Positions 59,594 to 64,000 of a stretch of DNA of 64,000 bases are shown piece after piece. Each line of letters begins with the position of its first letter. Position 1 is the first letter of the stretch. Location: the NCBI RefSeq assembly GCF_004010195.1, contig NC_057710.1, forward strand, positions 95,132,381-95,196,380, read 5' to 3'. The notes under the pieces were generated by a model. That model saw only the letters and a list, made by a program, of their open reading frames with translations. It had not been told where the DNA came from and ran no database searches. The DNA is from Chiloscyllium plagiosum (lineage: Eukaryota). The translations under genes and the position numbers were made by a program.

Positions 59594-60741
59594 ATAAGAC
59601 CATAAGACCATAAGGCCATAGGAGCAGAAATTAGCCCATTCAGCCCATTGAGTCTGCTCCACATTCAATCATGGTTAGAGACAAAAAAAAACTGCAGATG
59701 CTGGAATCCAACGTAGACAAACAGGAGGCAGGAAGAGCACAGCAAGCCAGGCAGCATCAGGAGGTGGAGAAGTCGATGTTTCAGGTGTAACCTTTCTTCA
59801 GTACGCCTGAAGAAGGGTTACAGCTGAAATGTGGACTTCTGCACCTCCTGATGCTGCCTGGCTTGCTGTGTTCTTCCTGCCTTCTACTTGACCATCATTC
59901 AATCATGGCTGATAAGTTTCTCAATCATATTCTCCCATTTTCTCCCTGTAACCCTTCATCCCTTTGGTACTCAAGAACCTATCTATTTCAGTCTTAAATA
60001 TACTCAGTGACCTGGCCTCCACAGCCTTCTATGGCAATGTATTTCATAGATTCACCACTCTCTGGCTGAAGAAGTTTCTTCTTATCTCCATTCTAAAAAG
60101 TCTTCCTTTAACTCTAAGTCTATGCTCTTGGTCCGGGTGTCTCCTACCAATGGAAACATCTTCCCAACATCTACTCTGTCCAGGCCATTCAGTATTCTGT
60201 AAGTTTCAATTAGATACCCACTCATCCTTCTAAACTACATCGAGTATAAACCCAGAGTTCTCAACCATTCATCATAAGTTAAGCTTTTGATTCCTGGGAC
60301 TATTCTTGTGAACCTCCTCTGAACACTCTCCAGGGCCATTACGTCCTTCCTGAGATATGGAATGCAAAACTGCACACAGTACTCTATATGTGGTCTGATC
60401 TGAGCCTTATAGAGGCTCAACAGTACATCCCTGCTTTTATATTCAAGTCCTCTCAAAATAAATGCTATCATTGCATTTGCCTTCCTAATTACAGACTCAA
60501 CTTGCAAGTTTTCCTTGGCAGAAGCCTGGACTAGAACTTCCAAGCCTTATTGCGCTTCAGACATCTGAATTTTCTCTCCATTTGCAAAACTGTCCATACC
60601 TCTGTACTTCCTACCAAAGTGCATGACCTCACGCTTTCCCATGTTGTGCTCCACCTGCCACTTCTTTGCCTTAACCTACCCAAATCCTTCTGCAGCCTTT
60701 CTGTCTCCTCAATGCTACCTGTCTCTCTACCTATCTTTGTA
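59594..60741 (-). mobile_element. CR1 LINE 3' ~0.9 kb, same subfamily as 34898-35800
   Basis: ORF 60235-60543 (VIRKANAMIAFILRGLEYKSRDVLLSLYKA.IRPHIEYCVQF); (TGGTCTTA)n tail; 5' end at TKIGRETGSIEE. Confidence 0.92.
59675..59895. mobile_element. Fold-back PLE-terminus insertion with two divergent hammerheads, 13-bp TSD
   Basis: TSD CATTCAATCATGG 59662-59674/59896-59908; inverted arms 59726-59801/59807-59882 with 5-nt spacer; each arm starts at CTGAAGA. Confidence 0.9.
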
Positions 60742-61289
60742 GAGAATAATTCCCACTTGCCTGGATGAGTGCAGCTCTGACAAATCTCAAGAATCCTGAC
60801 ACCATCTGCCCACTTATTGACACCACATCCACAAATATTCACTCCCTCTACCACCAATGTTCAGTAGCAGCACTATGCCGTATCTACAAGATGCACTGCC
60901 GAAATTCACCAAGGTTTCTTAGACAGCATCTTTCAAACCCATGATCAGTTCCACTTAGAAGGACAAAGGCAGCAGAAACAGGGGAACACTATCACCTGTA
61001 AGTTTCTCTCCAAGCCAGTCACAATTCTGATTGGAAGTAAAGCATTGTTTCTTCAATGTTACTGGGTTAAAATCCTGGAATTCCCTCTTGAACAGGAACA
61101 TATTGACTGAAGCAGTTGAAGAAAAAAGCTTCATATCCCTTCTCAAGGGCAACTGGGGATGTGCAAAATATATTGGCCCACCCAGTGACACCCACATCTT
61201 CTGAATTAATTTAAAAAAGTGGTAATATTGGTTGAGCCTGTGAATATCCATCCTCAGAAATATCCTGGAATTAATGGCTGGGTCCTTCA

Positions 61290-61712
61290 ACAAGAAATAC
61301 AGTGCAGAGTCCTGGACTGTGGGAAAGAGATTCAGCAGAATTGTATGCACCAGATTTCAGGTCCTAGGAGATGGGATTACTTCTGCTCTTTTAAGACTGT
61401 CCTTTGGCCAAGCTTCCAGCTATCTATCTTGCTACATGAGGTTTGTTCATGGCCTCATAGTACATGGAAGGTCAATTTGGACTGAGATAAAGAAATATTC
61501 TTCACTCAGAGGGTAGTCACACTGTGCAAATCACTACCAGAGAAAGCAGTGCTGGGTGGGGTTCTGCGTATATTCAAAAAAGATTGATAAGTGATTCGAT
61601 TTTTAAAGGCACCAAGGAATATGAAGAGAAAGCAGGAATATGGTTGAGGTAGAGGATCAGCCATGATCATATTGAATGGGTTCTGCTACTCCTGGTTTCT
61701 ATATCTGTTCAT
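61290..61712 (+). mobile_element. CR1 3' end, decayed
   Basis: LGKIQQNC..; TEIKKY.FTQRVV.L..SLPEKAV; 3' UTR AGGATCAGCCATGATCATATTGAATGG. Confidence 0.65.
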
Positions 61713-61789
61713 GTGTTGCACTGTCACATTTTGAATGAGAACAGTTATATAATTGTCAGCTATGGGTGTGTTGCCTTTGCTGGTCTGTA

Positions 61790-62700
61790 TTTTCAGAATA
61801 GGCTCGCTGCCAGACAGCTACACGGAGCAATGGAGAAACAGGTGTAATGGGAGCCAGGGTAACAACGGAAGGGTAGGTATTGTCATGGACAACGGAGGCT
61901 CAGTCTGTTACACTGAGGCAGCAACATTCGCTAACAAAAAGGGTTTATGATCATGCATGAAGAGCGGGTTACCGCCATCTAACAGCCCGAAAACACAGGC
62001 CGAACGCTCCCGTGTACATTTAATGACGACACTCGTCTAACAATATTGTATTGACTATAGCTGAAGGTTATTATTAAGCTAAAGGTTACACAAGTGACCC
62101 GACTATTTTATATAATGTGCGAAGTCAAAGCCTGAGGATATTGCTGCGAGTTGAAAATCACTCACATAATCTACAAAAGCCAAAGGTTCATCAACTGTAG
62201 CTCCTAAACTGAAGATGGAATTTGTTCTATTGTATCCTTGGACTAAATTAGTTTTTTTTATTGATGAATGGGAAACGCTCAGTGACGCCAGCGGTCTGTA
62301 GTTTTAAATCAAAGTGTCAGGTTCGCATATTGCTCAGGATGCTACCAGCGAGGAGAGACGATGGTATATTTTTCATAAAAAAAATAAGATTTTTCAGCTG
62401 GTCATGTTCAACCCGAACAGCCCAGGGACGTAATAATATGAAGTGTCCACACTTGACAAGACAAGTTTCCCCTGTCATGGAAGAGTCCTATTGGCTTTAA
62501 GATATCCCGAAAAGCTTCCGTCCCCATCCCCAGGCGTCTCATACTTCTCTTTAAACGAAATTTCGATTCAGTGAAAGCTACGTCTGGGCTGGAAACTTTC
62601 TCCCAACGTTTTTTTAGCCGGGATTCTATAAAATAAAGTCGGTCTGGCATGTAGGCGTCAGCTGTTACAGATACACTGGTGGGACAGCATTGTGTGACTG
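61790..62700. promoter_or_regulatory. CpG-enriched unique region, candidate promoter or unmethylated island
   Basis: About 34 CpG in ~860 bp by manual count at moderate GC, against strong CpG depletion elsewhere; no recognisable repeat; X-box-like and CRE-half motifs. Confidence 0.5.
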
Positions 62701-64000
62701 TTCAGAATAGGGGCCTGGTTCTTGCAACAGCATGCTGATAACAGTAATGATGTCCATAGTTACATAGATGTGTTTCCCGCTAATCACAGTAGTGCTCATT
62801 CTTAACAACATTGTGAATCAATGTCTAAGTTCATCATTTCCTATACTCTTGCCTGCGCTGAATTGCAGAAATTAGAAAGCACAACTTAATAGGTCAAAGT
62901 TAAGGTCATTAGCCAAAAGCAGAGAAAGCAACCCCTACTGTGCAACTCCCAGCTTTATTTAAATGTTAAACTCTTATGTTAAGTGAATGATACGGAATTG
63001 TAAATAATGTTTTAAACTAGGAACTGGAAAACAGAAAGGAAAGTCATTCACTTCCATGCATTATTGGTGTATGTTGTTTATAGTCACTTAGAGTATTTGT
63101 TATCAGGTTAATAAATCGATTGATAAAATCAGTGTTGATATGACTTAAAATATACATGCGCAATGTAGAAATATTAATACAGCAACGCTGCGAATTAACC
63201 ACCATCAAGTTGTGTATCCGGTTTTGTTTTTCAGGTTTGGTGCAACAGAAACTTTTACTTACAGCTCTTACACATTGTATTTAACTCACCACAGAAAGAG
63301 GAACGAAAATTTTGCAGTGTCATAATTTGTTTACGCATCCATTTAATCTGCGCCTAAGGTTTACATTAAACGCCGCGCTATGAATTAAAAGTGACTATCA
63401 TTTTCTTCCTCGTAGGCGGAACTCATTGTGTATGGTGACACTAATCAGTTAATTCCACTGAACCTCTGGATAAACAATAGCTGGTTGTTGAACAGTAATG
63501 GATGTGGCCAGCCCTGTGGATGTCCTTGCTGTGTGTGCATCCATACAGCTCTATGGCAGCCAGGTTGCCTGAGGGGTTGTACATGCAAAACTTAGGACAG
63601 AAGCTGGTTAATGAGCCTGACCCAGACTCCCCCAACAGCACTTCAATTGATGCTTAATAACGATTTGACAGGTGATGTGAATAATACTAATAATAACGTC
63701 AATTACTAATACAAAGGCAATTTGACAGCTTTAGTGAGATAGAGACCCCGTGATCATATCTTTCTATCCGCCTATCTGTCTGGCCTTCTGTGTTTTTAAA
63801 GGACATTTTATTTTTTCACGAGCAATCAATTTAATGTTCAAGAGTTTAACTGGAAGTAAAATAGATAATGCCAAAAAGTGTGGTCACATGACATTTGCAA
63901 GTATATTTCTCAAATATATATTTACCTCCTGTTAGATTCTACACTTTGACTAGGTATTCTCTGATAATATCACACCGAAGCACACAAAACGTGTCATCTT

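Larger units (their letters stand above)
58840..61218 (+). mobile_element. Family B LINE (RT to 3' end) split by a CR1 insertion at 59594-60741
   Basis: SEVGMLADDYT at ~59060-59090; K.QVRN|..PLAWM joins across the insertion with short GAATAA duplication; 3' UTR to 61218. Confidence 0.85.

Noticed and set aside
63416-63641. Coding exon after the acceptor-like site (AELIVYGDTNQLIPL..CGQPCGCPCC) or minus ORF 63441-63641
   Set aside because: Short, no recognisable protein similarity, stop reached without a convincing donor.

Overview
Repeat-saturated eukaryotic DNA from a cartilaginous fish. HE1 SINEs and HER1/CR1 LINEs point to an elasmobranch (shark/ray), and the window looks intergenic or intronic. 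No host protein-coding gene could be supported: the ORFs in the track that I could identify are transposon fragments, their antisense or tandem-repeat read-throughs. Content: many nested, decayed CR1-clade LINE fragments of two families, 7 HE1 SINEs, and Penelope-like element (PLE) relics (RT and GIY-YIG pieces). There are also Gypsy LTR relics, a PIF/Harbinger transposase relic, an L2 relic, two minisatellites, two assembly gaps and a CpG-enriched unique region at the right end. Three signals stand out. (1) A set of 95-220 bp PLE-terminus insertions with 9-16 bp TSDs carries minimal type I hammerhead ribozymes, and their 5' truncation/fold-back points cluster at the ribozyme. (2) A >=2.7 kb 50-bp minisatellite is built from the piece of CR1 reverse transcriptase next to the FADD motif. 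(3) There are local templated duplications. All calls are by eye without database searches; boundaries of old repeats are approximate (tens of bp).
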